A stretch of DNA of 64,000 nt from Methanotrichaceae archaeon (GCA_963803145.1 CAWDLW010000012.1:32001-96000); one strand, 5' to 3'. Numbered from the stretch's first letter, positions 42,301-52,829 are shown. Notes: generated by a model not told the origin, from the letters alone. Program-made: numbers and translations.

Positions 42301-43026
42301 ATGTCCAGGTTTGACTTGATATTCATTTTGACCGATGACCCTGATACAAATCGTGACTCACAGATAGCCGAGCATATCCTGAAGAGCAATTATGCCGGAG
42401 AGCTCTCCACCCAAATCGCGTGGAATCCTAATATCACTCAGGATGAGATCGATGCTGCGATGGTTGTTATAAAGCCTGAGATTGATCCCGATAGGCTCAG
42501 GAAGTACGTGGCCTATGCTCGGAAGAAAATCTTCCCTACTCTCACTGATGAGGTCCGGGAGCGCCTCAAGGGCTATTATGTGAGCCTGCGAAGCCAGGGC
42601 CAGGATAGCAATAAACCTGTTCCCGTGACTGCCCGTCAGCTAGAGGCCCTTGTGCGCCTGGGCGAGGCCAGTGCTAGGCTGCGGCTCAGCAACAATGTCG
42701 TGATGGAGGATGCAGAGAGGGCCATAAGGATATTCATAGCCTGTATGAGGAAGGTTGGGATAGATCCAGATACGGGGCTGCTGGACGTTGATGTGATCAG
42801 CACAGGCATATCTAAAAGCACCAGGGATAAAACTAAATTGATGAAAGACATAATCGGAGACATCAGCAAAGAGAACCAGGGTCTTGCCCCGAAAGATGCA
42901 GTTCTTGACAGGGCAAAAGAGATAGGGTTAGATCGAAGCCGAGCTGAGGAGATTATCGAAAGATTCAAAAGAGATGGCGATATCTTCGAGCCTAGAATTG
43001 GAATGCTAAAATTGACTCATATATGA
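39367..43026 (+). CDS. mcm: MCM replicative helicase containing one intein
   Basis: Zn finger, GDPGIAKSQ, DELDKM, HEAMEQQ/TISVAKAG, LMSRFDLIF, TARQLE; ATG at 39367 preferred. Confidence 0.95.
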   Translation: MSADPVAKWEEFLRSRYWDELLELADSYPDERSLIISFSDLDRYDPDFAEELLDNPDQILEAAGLTLLEIDLPMDVYLDRAHVRIIELPRHYKTRELRSDHIGKLIAIEGLVRTATEVRPKIISAAFQCQRCGYTFQKEQTGTKFDDQNLKCQNQGCDRGGPFKLVLSKSKFVDAQKIRVQESPEDLRGGEQPQTLDVELEDDLAGKIFPGDRVIINGILKSYQRSTPQAGKSTYFDLFHKGISVEMKEQEFEEIEISPEEEKAIHEMSRDPEIYEKIKKSIAPSIFGYDDVKEALALQLVSGFEKKLPDGARIRGDIHILLVGDPGIAKSQLLRYMTKISPRGIYTSGKSTTSAGLTATAVKDELGDGRWTIEAGALVLADKGIAAVDELDKMDNEDKSSLHEAMEQQSYHPSTEIQLSDGRKMLIGELVDNLMASCKDEVIKGNDCEILSLNKEVKIQSSDMSCIFELPVSRVSRHHAPDHFIRIKYSNGRGILVTPEHPIYIANEGIACVPACEVEIGDLAPAPRHITCSDDGQNLVQLEKNHPGEKPLKFPERLNPDLSRILGYLTAEGHFYKGSRHEIGFTNKDERLLGDMSHLMKGVFNIESSKNERHDGVTTLSFISTRIYRWFETNFSEIMHTDRDKRTPVALFRGTEDDIREYLSAAFLGDGCVHSTSVAYSTISRGLAEDYQDLLIRLGVSSRITIDRKANAFKVCIMGDSHSRFEQLFFCSGHDKLEQMKRITSASNRSIRHHDVLPSETAYSILEMKKALGLTNDGRFNEHLDRSYGLTADTISGCVSELRSRYAEVSASVNDEIALPKIRSLLGWSQSYMASIIGVTRGNIDYYEDGGYDDISRADISRQASKEVQSYLEKTNEGIEALEKMLSSDIRYLRVVEVSIVPNSGEYFANYVYDVTVEPTHTFISQGLILHNTISVAKAGVMATLKSRCSLLAAANPKLGRFDRYESIAPQINLTPALMSRFDLIFILTDDPDTNRDSQIAEHILKSNYAGELSTQIAWNPNITQDEIDAAMVVIKPEIDPDRLRKYVAYARKKIFPTLTDEVRERLKGYYVSLRSQGQDSNKPVPVTARQLEALVRLGEASARLRLSNNVVMEDAERAIRIFIACMRKVGIDPDTGLLDVDVISTGISKSTRDKTKLMKDIIGDISKENQGLAPKDAVLDRAKEIGLDRSRAEEIIERFKRDGDIFEPRIGMLKLTHI
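40594..42162 (+). mobile_element. Intein (523 aa) with LAGLIDADG homing endonuclease and HTH insert
   Basis: Splits EAMEQQ|TISVAK; starts SYHP, block B VTPEHP, ILGYLTAEG and LSAAFLGDG, ends VYDVTV...LILHN followed by Thr. Confidence 0.92.
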
Positions 43027-43065
43027 ATTAATTCGTATACAATTACAACTATTAATACTACTGAT

Positions 43066-43380
43066 ATGTGCGATGAATCAAAAGAGAAGATGTATCTTAA
43101 AACATATAAAAATGGCAGAGAGATTCTCATCGCCGTCTGTGATTGCGATATCTTAGGGAAAAGGTTTGAAGAGGGACCATTGCATATCGATGTCTGCGTT
43201 GATTTCTTCGGAAACGAGAAGGCCACACCCGAAGAGGTTGAGAGATCACTATCAAATGCCACTATAGCCAACTTTGTCGGTCAGCGAGCTGTAGATTTTG
43301 CTGTCAAGCTCGGCTATGTTGACAGGGAGAATGTTCTTGTGATCGATGGCATCCCATGTGCCCAGATGGTGTTGATGTAA
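43066..43380 (+). CDS. DUF424 family protein
   Basis: LIAVCDCDILGK.F..., ATIANFVG..AV..A, IDGIPCAQ; usual neighbour of NMD3; real start may be the second Met. Confidence 0.85.
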   Translation: MCDESKEKMYLKTYKNGREILIAVCDCDILGKRFEEGPLHIDVCVDFFGNEKATPEEVERSLSNATIANFVGQRAVDFAVKLGYVDRENVLVIDGIPCAQMVLM

Positions 43381-44421
43381 GTGACATTTGAATGTCCTAA
43401 GTGCGGTATGCCATCGGAGACGGAAGGGCTTTGCAGGACATGCACAATCCAATCTGCAAAACTGCTCAGCTGTCCGGATCTAGTGGAGGTTACTATATGC
43501 TCAATCTGCGGCTCGAGGCTTGAGCGAGGGAAATGGAAGATCACCGATAGCGATACTGAACAGCAAGCATCAGAAGTTGTATGTAATTCATTATGCATCC
43601 ATAAGGAGATCGTTGATCCAAGGATCGATATCAAGCTTGGCAATCGAGGTTCCACGAGATATCTCGCAAAGGTCATGCTTAATGGCATGTTTCTCGGCGA
43701 GCAAGTGGAAGAGAGCTGCGAGATACCTGTTCGAATAAAACGCATTGCCTGCGAGCGCTGTAGCCGGATTGCAGGCAAATATTTTGAAGCCACAGTCCAG
43801 GTACGCGGCACCAGCTCAAGGTTGCTCTCTAAGAAGGAGGCCGAGGAATGCAAGAGCATTGCAAGCTCCCTTGCAGATTCAGGCTACAAGAATGGAGACC
43901 AACTCTCTTTCATCCAGGATATCAAAGAGGTCAAAGGTGGAATAGACATAATCCTTGGCTCGACCCAGCTTGGAAGGCATATTGCCAGGGCGATCACAGA
44001 TCGCTTTGGCGGCCGCATCCAGGAGTCATGCAAGCTCACTGGGAAAAAGGACGGCAATGATATCTACAGGACTACGGTCCTCGTGAGATTCCCGAGGCTA
44101 AAGAGAGGCGATATAATATCCTTCCAGGGAACTCTCTTCGAGGTTACCGGCTTTGATGGGAAGAGAACTTTGGCAAAATCTCTGGAAAATCTCCGCAGAT
44201 CAAGCCTGACCGAAGAGAATATCGAGGGGGTCGAGGCTTTGGGAAATAAAGCCGATGCCATAAAAGCTGTAGTAGTTACAAAAGATAAGGATGTTCTGGA
44301 GATTATGGACCCTGAGAACTATAAGATTGCCCTCGCGCCAAGGCCTAGGGACTTTGATGTGGAGCCTGGGGAGGAGGTCAAGGTAATTCGGACCCCGAAT
44401 GGATTCGTAGTAGTAGGATAA
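43381..44421 (+). CDS. NMD3-family ribosome biogenesis protein
   Basis: Four CxxC pairs, YFEATVQVR, KGGIDI, YRTTVLVR. Confidence 0.9.
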   Translation: MTFECPKCGMPSETEGLCRTCTIQSAKLLSCPDLVEVTICSICGSRLERGKWKITDSDTEQQASEVVCNSLCIHKEIVDPRIDIKLGNRGSTRYLAKVMLNGMFLGEQVEESCEIPVRIKRIACERCSRIAGKYFEATVQVRGTSSRLLSKKEAEECKSIASSLADSGYKNGDQLSFIQDIKEVKGGIDIILGSTQLGRHIARAITDRFGGRIQESCKLTGKKDGNDIYRTTVLVRFPRLKRGDIISFQGTLFEVTGFDGKRTLAKSLENLRRSSLTEENIEGVEALGNKADAIKAVVVTKDKDVLEIMDPENYKIALAPRPRDFDVEPGEEVKVIRTPNGFVVVG

Positions 44422-44838
44422 ATTTTATATATCTTAAACTATCCGCTGGGCAAAGGGCGCTACCACAAAGTTCTTAAACTAGTTTCATGCAATTTCTATT
44501 GGTAGAAGCACGCATTTGAGCAACAGATCACATGATGATTAAGCCCAAAGGGGGAACCGAGGGCGATGAGATGCCAGCATGGAAAGTAAAAGCTTGGATT
44601 AGAATGCTCATCTGTGGGCAGTTCTATCATAATATCCATCAAGCTGATAGCTGGACACTAAAATAGTTAGATGAACGCATATTCACGATCATTAGCAGCT
44701 CACTGAAATACCTGCGAGTTCAGCAGGAATGCCATGTGTCGCGTATTGGTGGCCGTGTAGCCCTGTCTCAGTTAGCTATGCCAATCAAGTAATTGGTGCG
44801 ACTTTTATCTAACTATTTTAAAATTAGAGGTGTCTTAT

Positions 44839-46173
44839 ATGCAAAATGTTGATACAACTAAATACGTAATTTATGCAGATATAACTGCCGAGGGGATAGT
44901 GGAACGGCCGGATGTGGTTGGCGCTATCTTCGGCCAGACAGAAGGCCTTTTGGGAAGTGACCTTGATCTTAGAGATCTTCAAAAGACGGGAAGGCTCGGT
45001 CGAATAGACGTTCAGATCACATCTAGTGGCGGCAAATCCAGTGGAACTATCTCGATACCATCAAGCTTCGATAAGGTTGAGACTGCAATTCTGGCGGCTG
45101 CTCTTGAGACGATAGATCGTGTAGGACCGTGCATAGCCCACATCGGAGTTAGCAAGATTGAAGATGTCAGGGCCTCGAAAAGAAAGTATGTAATAGAAAG
45201 AGCCAAAAGAATTCTTGTCGAGATGTTCGATGAGAACATCCTTGAGACAGAGGAGATAACCGAGGAGATAAAGCAGTCGGTTAGAGTGGAGGAGATCACC
45301 CACCTCGGTAAGGATAACCTTCCCGCGGGTCCAAATGTCCTGGATTCGGATGCGATCCTCATAGTTGAGGGCAGAGCAGATGTTTTGAATCTGCTAAAAT
45401 ACGGAATAAAGAACGCTGTAGCCGTCGGTGGAACAAATATACCGCCAACAATTGGCGATCTTTGTGCGAAAAAAGTGGTTACAGCCTTCACAGACGGTGA
45501 CAGAGGAGGAGAGCTGATAATCAAGGAGCTTCTCCAGATGGCGGATATTGATTATGTAGCCCGTGCTCCCGAAGGCAAGAGTGTCGAGGACATGACACAG
45601 AAGGAGATTGTACGGGCGCTGCGGCAGAAGATACCTGTAGAGCAGGTTTTAGACCAGTACAAGATCAAAAGCCAGCCAAAAAAAAGGCATGAAATCACAA
45701 CAAAAAGGAAAAGCCTGATCAGAGAGAAGCCCCTACTAGTTCGCAGTGTTGCAGAGAGGGCCGAGGCAATAGCGCCCAGAAAGGTAGTTCCCCATGAAAT
45801 CGTTCGCCATGAGACCGTTCAGCGAGAGCCTGAACATGTAGAAGAGATAACAATAGAGGCTCCTGTGGAGGTAACTAAGCCTGAGCCTCCAAAGGAATGG
45901 TTCAGGCAGCACGTCGATGAGCTCGATGGCACCCTTTCCGCAAGATTACTCGACAAAAATCATAACATCCTCAGGGAGGTTGCAGTCCGCGATCTGGCAA
46001 GGGAGCTTAAGGAGCCAAACGGGGATGTGAATGGTGTGATCTTCGACGGCGTCGTAACACAGCGTATCCTAGACATAGCCGCAGAGAAGGGTCTCGAATA
46101 CCTGATCGGGGCAAAGATGGGAAATATTGCAAAAAGCCCAGTTTGCGTCAAGGTGATAACAAAAGAGGCATAG
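44839..46173 (+). CDS. dnaG: Archaeal DnaG (primase-like, exosome-associated)
   Basis: [44 protein letters not shown]. Confidence 0.95.
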   Translation: MQNVDTTKYVIYADITAEGIVERPDVVGAIFGQTEGLLGSDLDLRDLQKTGRLGRIDVQITSSGGKSSGTISIPSSFDKVETAILAAALETIDRVGPCIAHIGVSKIEDVRASKRKYVIERAKRILVEMFDENILETEEITEEIKQSVRVEEITHLGKDNLPAGPNVLDSDAILIVEGRADVLNLLKYGIKNAVAVGGTNIPPTIGDLCAKKVVTAFTDGDRGGELIIKELLQMADIDYVARAPEGKSVEDMTQKEIVRALRQKIPVEQVLDQYKIKSQPKKRHEITTKRKSLIREKPLLVRSVAERAEAIAPRKVVPHEIVRHETVQREPEHVEEITIEAPVEVTKPEPPKEWFRQHVDELDGTLSARLLDKNHNILREVAVRDLARELKEPNGDVNGVIFDGVVTQRILDIAAEKGLEYLIGAKMGNIAKSPVCVKVITKEA

Positions 46174-46255
46174 GCCTCTTTTCATATCCTTTTATACAAT
46201 AGCTTTTTAGCTCTGGTATTACCTTCTTGTATATTCTATTTATATTGCTGATTAA

Positions 46256-46624
46256 GTGAGGTCACTTCTGATGGAGTTTAAGCAATGCATTGTTATAAGG
46301 GACGACCTGAAGCTATCGCCTGGAAAGCTGGCGGTACAGGTAGCCCATGCTGCTGTCCTGGCTCTTGAGAATGCTTCTAAATCCGACAAGTCCGCGGTAT
46401 CTGCCTGGAAGGCTGAAGGCCAGAAGAAGGTGGTCCTCAGGGTCGCGAGTGTCCAGGATCTTTTCAAGCTCAAGATGGATGCTGAAAGATCGGGCATGCC
46501 AAGTGCCATTGTTATAGATGCAGGCCTGACTGAGATCCCTCCAGGAACTGTAACCGCTCTTGGAATTGGACCTGCCCCTAATAAGCAAATGGATAAGGTC
46601 ACAGGAAAGCTGCGCCTTCTGTGA
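46256..46624 (+). CDS. pth2: Peptidyl-tRNA hydrolase Pth2
   Basis: [45 protein letters not shown]. Confidence 0.95.
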   Translation: MRSLLMEFKQCIVIRDDLKLSPGKLAVQVAHAAVLALENASKSDKSAVSAWKAEGQKKVVLRVASVQDLFKLKMDAERSGMPSAIVIDAGLTEIPPGTVTALGIGPAPNKQMDKVTGKLRLL

Positions 46625-46630
46625 GGATAA

Positions 46631-47917
46631 TTGTTACCAGCATCTGAGCAAGACCGCGCACTGGGGATGGAATACTATGTTACGGATACTCCTGGGTGCG
46701 AGGGCATTCTTAGGAGTGATCCCACTGACTTTCAGGTAAAGGAAGTGTATGGGGATCTGAGATATGAGGGCGGACGGTACCTCGTACTTGAGGTCGAGAA
46801 GAAAGATTGGGATACACATCATCTGATACGCGAGCTTTCCAGGCAGCTAAGAATCAGTCAGAAGAGATTTGGGTGGGCAGGGACAAAGGATAAGCGTGCT
46901 GTGACCAGCCAGCGCATAAGCATAATGAATCTGGATGAATCTGAGCTGAAGAGGATAACGCTTCCTGATATCAATATCAAAGTTCTGGGCAAGACAAATA
47001 GGGCTGTAGGTCTCGGAGATCTCTTGGGAAATAAATTCAAAATCCGCATCCGAAGGCTTGCCTGTGCTGACGCAAAAGACCGTATGGGAAAAATAACAGA
47101 TGAGATCAAGACGGAGGGGGTCCCCAATTACTTCGGCGTTCAAAGGTTTGGGGATGTAAGGCCAGTGACTCACAAGGTGGGTGAGGCTTTGGCAAGAGGC
47201 GATATTGAAAGGGCAGTCTTTACCTACATCGCTTTTCCGTTTTCTGGAGAGCCGGAGAAGACGCGCCAAGCTAGACAGCAGCTCTGGGAAAGCAGAGATA
47301 TCCGTAGCGCACTCAAGACATTCCCTGATTACCTCAGGTATGAAGTCGCAATGCTCAACTACCTTGTCGAGCATCCCGGAGATTATGCAGGCTCGTTCGA
47401 TGTTTTGGCACCCAACTTGAGGCTGCTATTCATACATGCTTATCAATCATATCTATTCAATCGCATACTTAGCCGCAGGCTGGACTTGGGCCTGCCTTTA
47501 GAAAGGGCAATAGAAGGGGATATCGTCTGTTTTGCCAAAGGAGATATGCCTGATCCGAACAGGATTCAGGCTGCCACTGGAGATAATATTGATGCCATAA
47601 ATAGGCTGACTGGGCGTGGAAGAGCCTACGTAACGCTTCCGCTCGTGGGCTATGAGTCAACCTTGGCAGAAGGATTAGAAGGCAATATCGAGAAGGCTGT
47701 GCTGAAGGAAGAGAACGCGGACCCGGAAGGATTCCGAGTTCCCGCGAATACGGATTTGGGATCAAAAGGCACAAGGCGTGCTGCGTTACTGCGTGTCTTG
47801 CCGGCTATCGAAGTAGAAGGCGAATGTGCAGAAGTAGAATTCTTTCTGCCTGCTGGAAGCTATGCAACAGTTGTCTTACGGGAGTACATGAAGAGCGGTA
47901 GCCTTAAAACAGAATAG
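46631..47917 (+). CDS. truD: tRNA pseudouridine(13) synthase
   Basis: DFQVKE, AGTKDKRAVTSQ, PNYFGVQRFG, HAYQSYLFN, LPAGSYAT. Confidence 0.95.
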   Translation: MLPASEQDRALGMEYYVTDTPGCEGILRSDPTDFQVKEVYGDLRYEGGRYLVLEVEKKDWDTHHLIRELSRQLRISQKRFGWAGTKDKRAVTSQRISIMNLDESELKRITLPDINIKVLGKTNRAVGLGDLLGNKFKIRIRRLACADAKDRMGKITDEIKTEGVPNYFGVQRFGDVRPVTHKVGEALARGDIERAVFTYIAFPFSGEPEKTRQARQQLWESRDIRSALKTFPDYLRYEVAMLNYLVEHPGDYAGSFDVLAPNLRLLFIHAYQSYLFNRILSRRLDLGLPLERAIEGDIVCFAKGDMPDPNRIQAATGDNIDAINRLTGRGRAYVTLPLVGYESTLAEGLEGNIEKAVLKEENADPEGFRVPANTDLGSKGTRRAALLRVLPAIEVEGECAEVEFFLPAGSYATVVLREYMKSGSLKTE

Positions 47918-47933
47918 CCTTGAGATTACTGCC

Positions 47934-48842
47934 GTGTGCAATTTAGACTTAGAGTTGGAAGATCCATATGTTGTTGTCTACAGGCAGATCCATGCTATTG
48001 CAAACGAAGGCAGAGATCTAGTTGAGATCCTGGAGCATTCCAACTGCTATGGCGGATCAGCCTGGGCCAGGTATCACTACTCAAAAGGCCCTCTGATAAT
48101 CAGTTCTAGAGCTCTAGGCGATTGGTTCCGTTATATTGTACGTCCCGGCACAATTGATCTTGATCTCATCTCCTCTAAAAAGTCCGCTGGAATAGAGTCT
48201 GTTCTGATCGATCAGAATGAGATACAGATAACCTACTCCGGCCTTGGAGGAGGGGGCGTTGGTGCAACTCTCTCCAGGGCAAAGGCAGGAGATATCTTGC
48301 GTTATGATATCACAGAGTGCGGCGGAGGCAGGATCGCTACTGGTACAATCGTAGTGCCTAGACGCGAGAGACTTATAATCGGCGTCGATAATACCGATTC
48401 CAAAACAGTTGGAGCAACGTGGTCTCTCATACACAACATCGCATCCAAGGTAGACCGCCAAGAAGCCAGATATCTTTCCCATGCTCTGATTCAGCTGTTT
48501 CCCGTTCCGACAAAGACGCAAAATTGCGTTTCTACAGCTGTTGAATTTGCATGCTTGCCTGGCAAAGCTGAGGGCATGATTGACGACTTCAAGATGCTGC
48601 TTGAAAAGTATTCGGTCTCCGATGAGACTGGAATGGCAATCTTTAGAGGCTTTGATCCATCTGCGCTTCTTGCTTATGGCCTGCGGTGTAAGAATGAGCG
48701 CTTGAATTATGACGACGCTTTGGTGGAAGCGCATGATGCTGGCGTCGAGATAGTTCTCGATGGTCAGGGGCTGATTGGAGCCGTGGCCGCACTGCCATTT
48801 TATGCAAGGCCTGATGAATCAATAATTCCAGGGATGGGATGA
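47934..48842 (+). CDS. mmp11: Methanogenesis marker protein 11
   Basis: DPY...CYGGSAWARYHY, YSGLGGGGVGAT, GVDNTD...GATW, QLFP...KTQNC. Confidence 0.85.
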   Translation: MCNLDLELEDPYVVVYRQIHAIANEGRDLVEILEHSNCYGGSAWARYHYSKGPLIISSRALGDWFRYIVRPGTIDLDLISSKKSAGIESVLIDQNEIQITYSGLGGGGVGATLSRAKAGDILRYDITECGGGRIATGTIVVPRRERLIIGVDNTDSKTVGATWSLIHNIASKVDRQEARYLSHALIQLFPVPTKTQNCVSTAVEFACLPGKAEGMIDDFKMLLEKYSVSDETGMAIFRGFDPSALLAYGLRCKNERLNYDDALVEAHDAGVEIVLDGQGLIGAVAALPFYARPDESIIPGMG

Positions 48843-50326
48843 ACGGCGTAGATTCAGATAGGAAGAAAAGCATAGATTCTGATAAGATGAAGGGCATTGA
48901 CTCCATCAAGCTTGCAGTCAGCAATGCGGGCGTAGAGACCCTTACCCACGTCCCCGGATATCCAATAACCGAGCTGGCAGAGGCATTAGGCGCAGAGATT
49001 TCAGTAAACGAGAAGGTAGCTTTAGAGATTTGTCTCGGCGCCTCAGCTACAGGCATGCGTTCCATGGCTGTAGTTAAGCAAGTCGGCATGAACGTTTTGG
49101 CAGATCCTTTAGTTATTTCGGCTACTCATACCATCGGCGCCGGGATAGTAGTATTAGTTGGAGATGACCTCGGGCCGAAAGGATCACAGGTCGAGATGGA
49201 CAGCAGGTATTTTGGCCCACTGGCAGAGCTGCCAGTGCTCGATCCATGGGATGCCGGAACCCTTTACTGCTCGATACTTGAAGCATATGCACTCTCTGAG
49301 CGGCTCAGGGTTCCAATCATAATCCGCGTTACTCGGAGAGTTTTAACAACCGATACTCATGTTCAAGCTTCAGCATTGAGAGCATCCGGCCAGATATTTG
49401 ATAGGAGCATTTGGGATATCACCGCCAGAGGAAGGCATCAGAAGCACCACGGCGAGATTTTGCATCTTGCAGATGCTGCATCTGAATCGAGCCCTCTTAA
49501 CTGCGTGCGGATTTCAAACGATAAGGGAATCATTGCCAGCGGTTATCCCGCAACGCTCTCGGCGGATCTTGATATATCCCTTTTGGCAGTCGGCTATGCA
49601 TATCCCCTGCCATGGAAGCTTATCAGGGATTTCATCGATGCCCATCGCCTTGTTCTTGTGGCTGAAGAGCCGGAGCCGTTCATTGAATCGCAGCTCAGGA
49701 TGAGTCCTAAGGTTCGAGGAAGGCTTACACATCATTTGCCATTCGGCCCCTTGGAAAGAAGTGATATTCAAAAGGCGCTTGAAACTGCTGGCCAGGAGAT
49801 CACTCCCAGTTCATGCGATTACGAAAGCGCAATCAAACGGGGCTATACAGGAATTTGCAATGATTGCCCATTTGCTTTTCTGTTCAAAGCCCTGGGAAGA
49901 TTAGGCGTTCCAGTGGCTGGCGATGCAGGCTGCGCTATCAGAGCCACACGTGAGCCGTATAAATCTGTGGATGTCGTCTACGGACTAGGATCTTCAGTTG
50001 GTGTGGCATCAGGCTTTAAGAAAAAGGGCGTGGCGGTCATCGGTGATTTTGCCTTTGCCCACACTGGAATTCAGGGGCTTGTAAATGCAGTATGGCGCAG
50101 GCGTGAATTGCTCATGGTGCTTCTTAAAAATGATATCGCTGCAACAACAGGCGGCCAAGAGGCACCAGATATGATGAAACTGCTGGAAGCAATTGTGCCG
50201 ACGATCAGGCTTGAGCTTCCATGCCCTGATGATAAGATCGAAAGGATTCTCAAGGAAGAACTAGAAAGATCGGGAACCTCCGCGGTGGTTGCCTCAGGTG
50301 CTTGTCCAAAGCAAAGACAGAATTAA
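48839..50326 (+). CDS. Indolepyruvate ferredoxin oxidoreductase alpha-like TPP enzyme
   Basis: PGYPITE, NEKVALE, KQVGMNVLADP, GDAGC, IGDFAFAHTG, N...ATTGGQ; no C-terminal ferredoxin domain. Confidence 0.8.
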   Translation: MNGVDSDRKKSIDSDKMKGIDSIKLAVSNAGVETLTHVPGYPITELAEALGAEISVNEKVALEICLGASATGMRSMAVVKQVGMNVLADPLVISATHTIGAGIVVLVGDDLGPKGSQVEMDSRYFGPLAELPVLDPWDAGTLYCSILEAYALSERLRVPIIIRVTRRVLTTDTHVQASALRASGQIFDRSIWDITARGRHQKHHGEILHLADAASESSPLNCVRISNDKGIIASGYPATLSADLDISLLAVGYAYPLPWKLIRDFIDAHRLVLVAEEPEPFIESQLRMSPKVRGRLTHHLPFGPLERSDIQKALETAGQEITPSSCDYESAIKRGYTGICNDCPFAFLFKALGRLGVPVAGDAGCAIRATREPYKSVDVVYGLGSSVGVASGFKKKGVAVIGDFAFAHTGIQGLVNAVWRRRELLMVLLKNDIAATTGGQEAPDMMKLLEAIVPTIRLELPCPDDKIERILKEELERSGTSAVVASGACPKQRQN

Positions 50327-50693
50327 GCAATATAAAAATAAGACGTTGTTACAAATTAAGTCGCGACGCTTCACCAAGGACAATAAACGATTTTAATATT
50401 TTCTATATCTGATTGCCAAACCTAATTATTAGACCTAATTGTACATTAGTGCGAGTTTATATTAAGTATCATCCATTATGGATTTCAATTACTAGGGTAA
50501 AAGGTACGACCCGTGATGAGATCCGAGGTAGAGCTGTTCGTTTTGCGAATAGATGTAAATCGAGTTTATACACCCAAGGCGACGCCAGATTATATGAATT
50601 CCAGGCGAATAACGAGAGTTCGAAAAGGCCTTTTTAATCAGGATTTAACTTTAAAGCTATTCGTCTGAAATATTGGTGATAGTATTAATGACA

Positions 50694-52829
50694 TTAATGA
50701 TTCTGGCATCCCGTCATGCATGAGCTTGGCGGTGACGTAAAATAGCCAGCATCATTGAATGCATACTCGCCCGTCATATTACAGTACGCCACCCACCAGT
50801 CGAAGACCTTTATCTTTACCGGCATCCCCAAAAAGCAGCCTGTAAACCAGAAATAGCCAGGTACCCCACCAAGGTTTATTCCCTCTCCATTCCCTGTCGT
50901 ATCGACGAAATGGTATTTGGTATCGCCTGGAAGAAGGACAAGACCATACCCGTGTCCAGGATGCTCCCCCAACAGAGGCAGCTGGTAGCTGCCGGTCGCT
51001 GCTGTGAGTGCCTCAGTTTTTGAATATCCCGCTTTCCTAAGAAGCGTGGTCACTGCAGCTGAGTAATCCTCGCAAACGCCCGTATGAAGCACATTTACTG
51101 TCGCATGAGTCGGAAGGAGACCGATTGAACCACTGTTTGCACTCATGTTCTTATCCGACTTCCAGGCATCAAGCCCAGTTAAATTGGGATTACAGGATAG
51201 ATTTTTCACATTTCCGTTGAGGCCATCCTCGAAGGCACATGTGCCTGTAAGGGTTAGGCCGCAGGTCCTTGTACACTCGGGATAGCCTGAACAGCAGGAT
51301 TTGAAGAGTGCATAGCCGCTCATGTATTTGGCCTCCGGTCCAAACGCCTTTATGATGTAAAGGCCACGACATTTCTTTTTATCGCCTCCAGAATTGGCGC
51401 AGGCATATGAGCAGGCCTGGCCTGGGATGGGTGAGCCGTCGCAGCAATTCACTGCATCTTCAACGATGTAGTCAAGCTCAGGGTGGCATACCTCGAAGCT
51501 CGCACAGTTGCCTGTTGCATTAGGCCAGATATCTGTACATGGCGTATCTATCGGGTAATACTTAGGCCGCGGGTTGACGTTTCCACAGACAGATGGTTCT
51601 GCAATCCCAATTTCTATGCTAGTTTTTGCGATCGTTGAATTGCTGTCCGTAATAGTAAGAGTAATATTATGCATCCCAAGCGATAGATCGTTCTTTTCAA
51701 ATCTCTCTGTATTTCCGATGATACCATCGATACTCGACTCCCAAATGTATTTGAATGGAGGCTTACCATTTAGTGCCGAGCCGGTGAAGTTTATTCTCTC
51801 TCCGTGTGGGAAAGCCTGAACATCTCCTGGAGAGATTATCGATGCCTCAAGTTTGTTGACGGGAGGTGAATTTCGATAACTTCGGATGTTTTCAGAGCGA
51901 TTCGTTATTCCTGCCTCGCAATCGCAACTGCTTGATGATACGGAGCCGTTTGAGCCTTGTCCAAAGAAAGGCACACCTGCACTCCGATTAAGTTCCATGG
52001 CCCTGTCATAGCTGTCCTGTGCCTCTGCTGCCTTGCCCAAGGCCATGAGCGCACGACCATTTCCCTTCCAGGCTGCAGCGTTGGATTGGTTAATCTCAAT
52101 AAGCCTATCGTAGATCTCGGATGCCGCATTGTACATGCCCAGGTCCTCCTCAAGTTTCGCCTCTGAGAAGTAGATTGCCGATGCGGCACGCTCATCAGGA
52201 TAACTGATAAGCAAAAAGATCAGCACTGCTAGAGCTATCAGGCCCAGGACAGCTATGACAGGGCCATTTCGTCCAGCATGATTATTCTCACCTCTCAGAA
52301 GAGGCAGTTTATTCCAGCAGCCTGGAAACCTATTAAGTACCATAGCGAAGACAAAAAGCACTCCCTGGATTGCCCAGGTCTTCCAGCCACTGATCAGAAA
52401 AACCATCGCTTCTTGGCCAACGAAAAATCCGAAGATACCAACAAAAAGCAGCAGAATCTCTCCTCTTTGGGAGTATGCGGCAAAACACAGTACTATTATG
52501 AGTATTAAGATGATGACACTGGCAGTCCATTCCCTGAAAAAGATAAGGAGGGCCATTCCAGCAAGGCTTACGATGCTGCTGATGATTGTCAGCATCCTCA
52601 CAGTTCTCCCGGCTTTAGCTTGCAGAGCGACTCCTGTGAATCCAATCAGACCCATCAGAATATACAGCAGACCGCCCGCTGCCGGGGACGGGGCAATAAC
52701 TCCATGCCTGCCAAGCGAGGCAAAGGAGAACAGGAATATAATGGATCCTATGAGAACAGCGAATATGCCGCCCAAAATTCCGGGCAGCGCCAGTAGATCT
52801 TTTCGAGCGGTCATTTGTACCAGATTCAA
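50694..52829 (-). CDS. Multi-TM + TPR + PKD/Ig + Cys-rich + transglutaminase-like protein
   Basis: About 7 N-terminal hydrophobic helices; TPR (AAAWKGNGRALMALGK); PKD-like (GMHNITLTITDS); triad GVCEDY / GHGY / FVDTT. Confidence 0.78.
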   Translation of the reverse strand: MNLVQMTARKDLLALPGILGGIFAVLIGSIIFLFSFASLGRHGVIAPSPAAGGLLYILMGLIGFTGVALQAKAGRTVRMLTIISSIVSLAGMALLIFFREWTASVIILILIIVLCFAAYSQRGEILLLFVGIFGFFVGQEAMVFLISGWKTWAIQGVLFVFAMVLNRFPGCWNKLPLLRGENNHAGRNGPVIAVLGLIALAVLIFLLISYPDERAASAIYFSEAKLEEDLGMYNAASEIYDRLIEINQSNAAAWKGNGRALMALGKAAEAQDSYDRAMELNRSAGVPFFGQGSNGSVSSSSCDCEAGITNRSENIRSYRNSPPVNKLEASIISPGDVQAFPHGERINFTGSALNGKPPFKYIWESSIDGIIGNTERFEKNDLSLGMHNITLTITDSNSTIAKTSIEIGIAEPSVCGNVNPRPKYYPIDTPCTDIWPNATGNCASFEVCHPELDYIVEDAVNCCDGSPIPGQACSYACANSGGDKKKCRGLYIIKAFGPEAKYMSGYALFKSCCSGYPECTRTCGLTLTGTCAFEDGLNGNVKNLSCNPNLTGLDAWKSDKNMSANSGSIGLLPTHATVNVLHTGVCEDYSAAVTTLLRKAGYSKTEALTAATGSYQLPLLGEHPGHGYGLVLLPGDTKYHFVDTTGNGEGINLGGVPGYFWFTGCFLGMPVKIKVFDWWVAYCNMTGEYAFNDAGYFTSPPSSCMTGCQNH

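Noticed and set aside
44422-44838. Possible C/D-box sRNA or other ncRNA upstream of dnaG (ATGATGA at 44532)
   Set aside because: No CTGA D box at a suitable distance and no recognisable RNase P, SRP or tRNA motifs.
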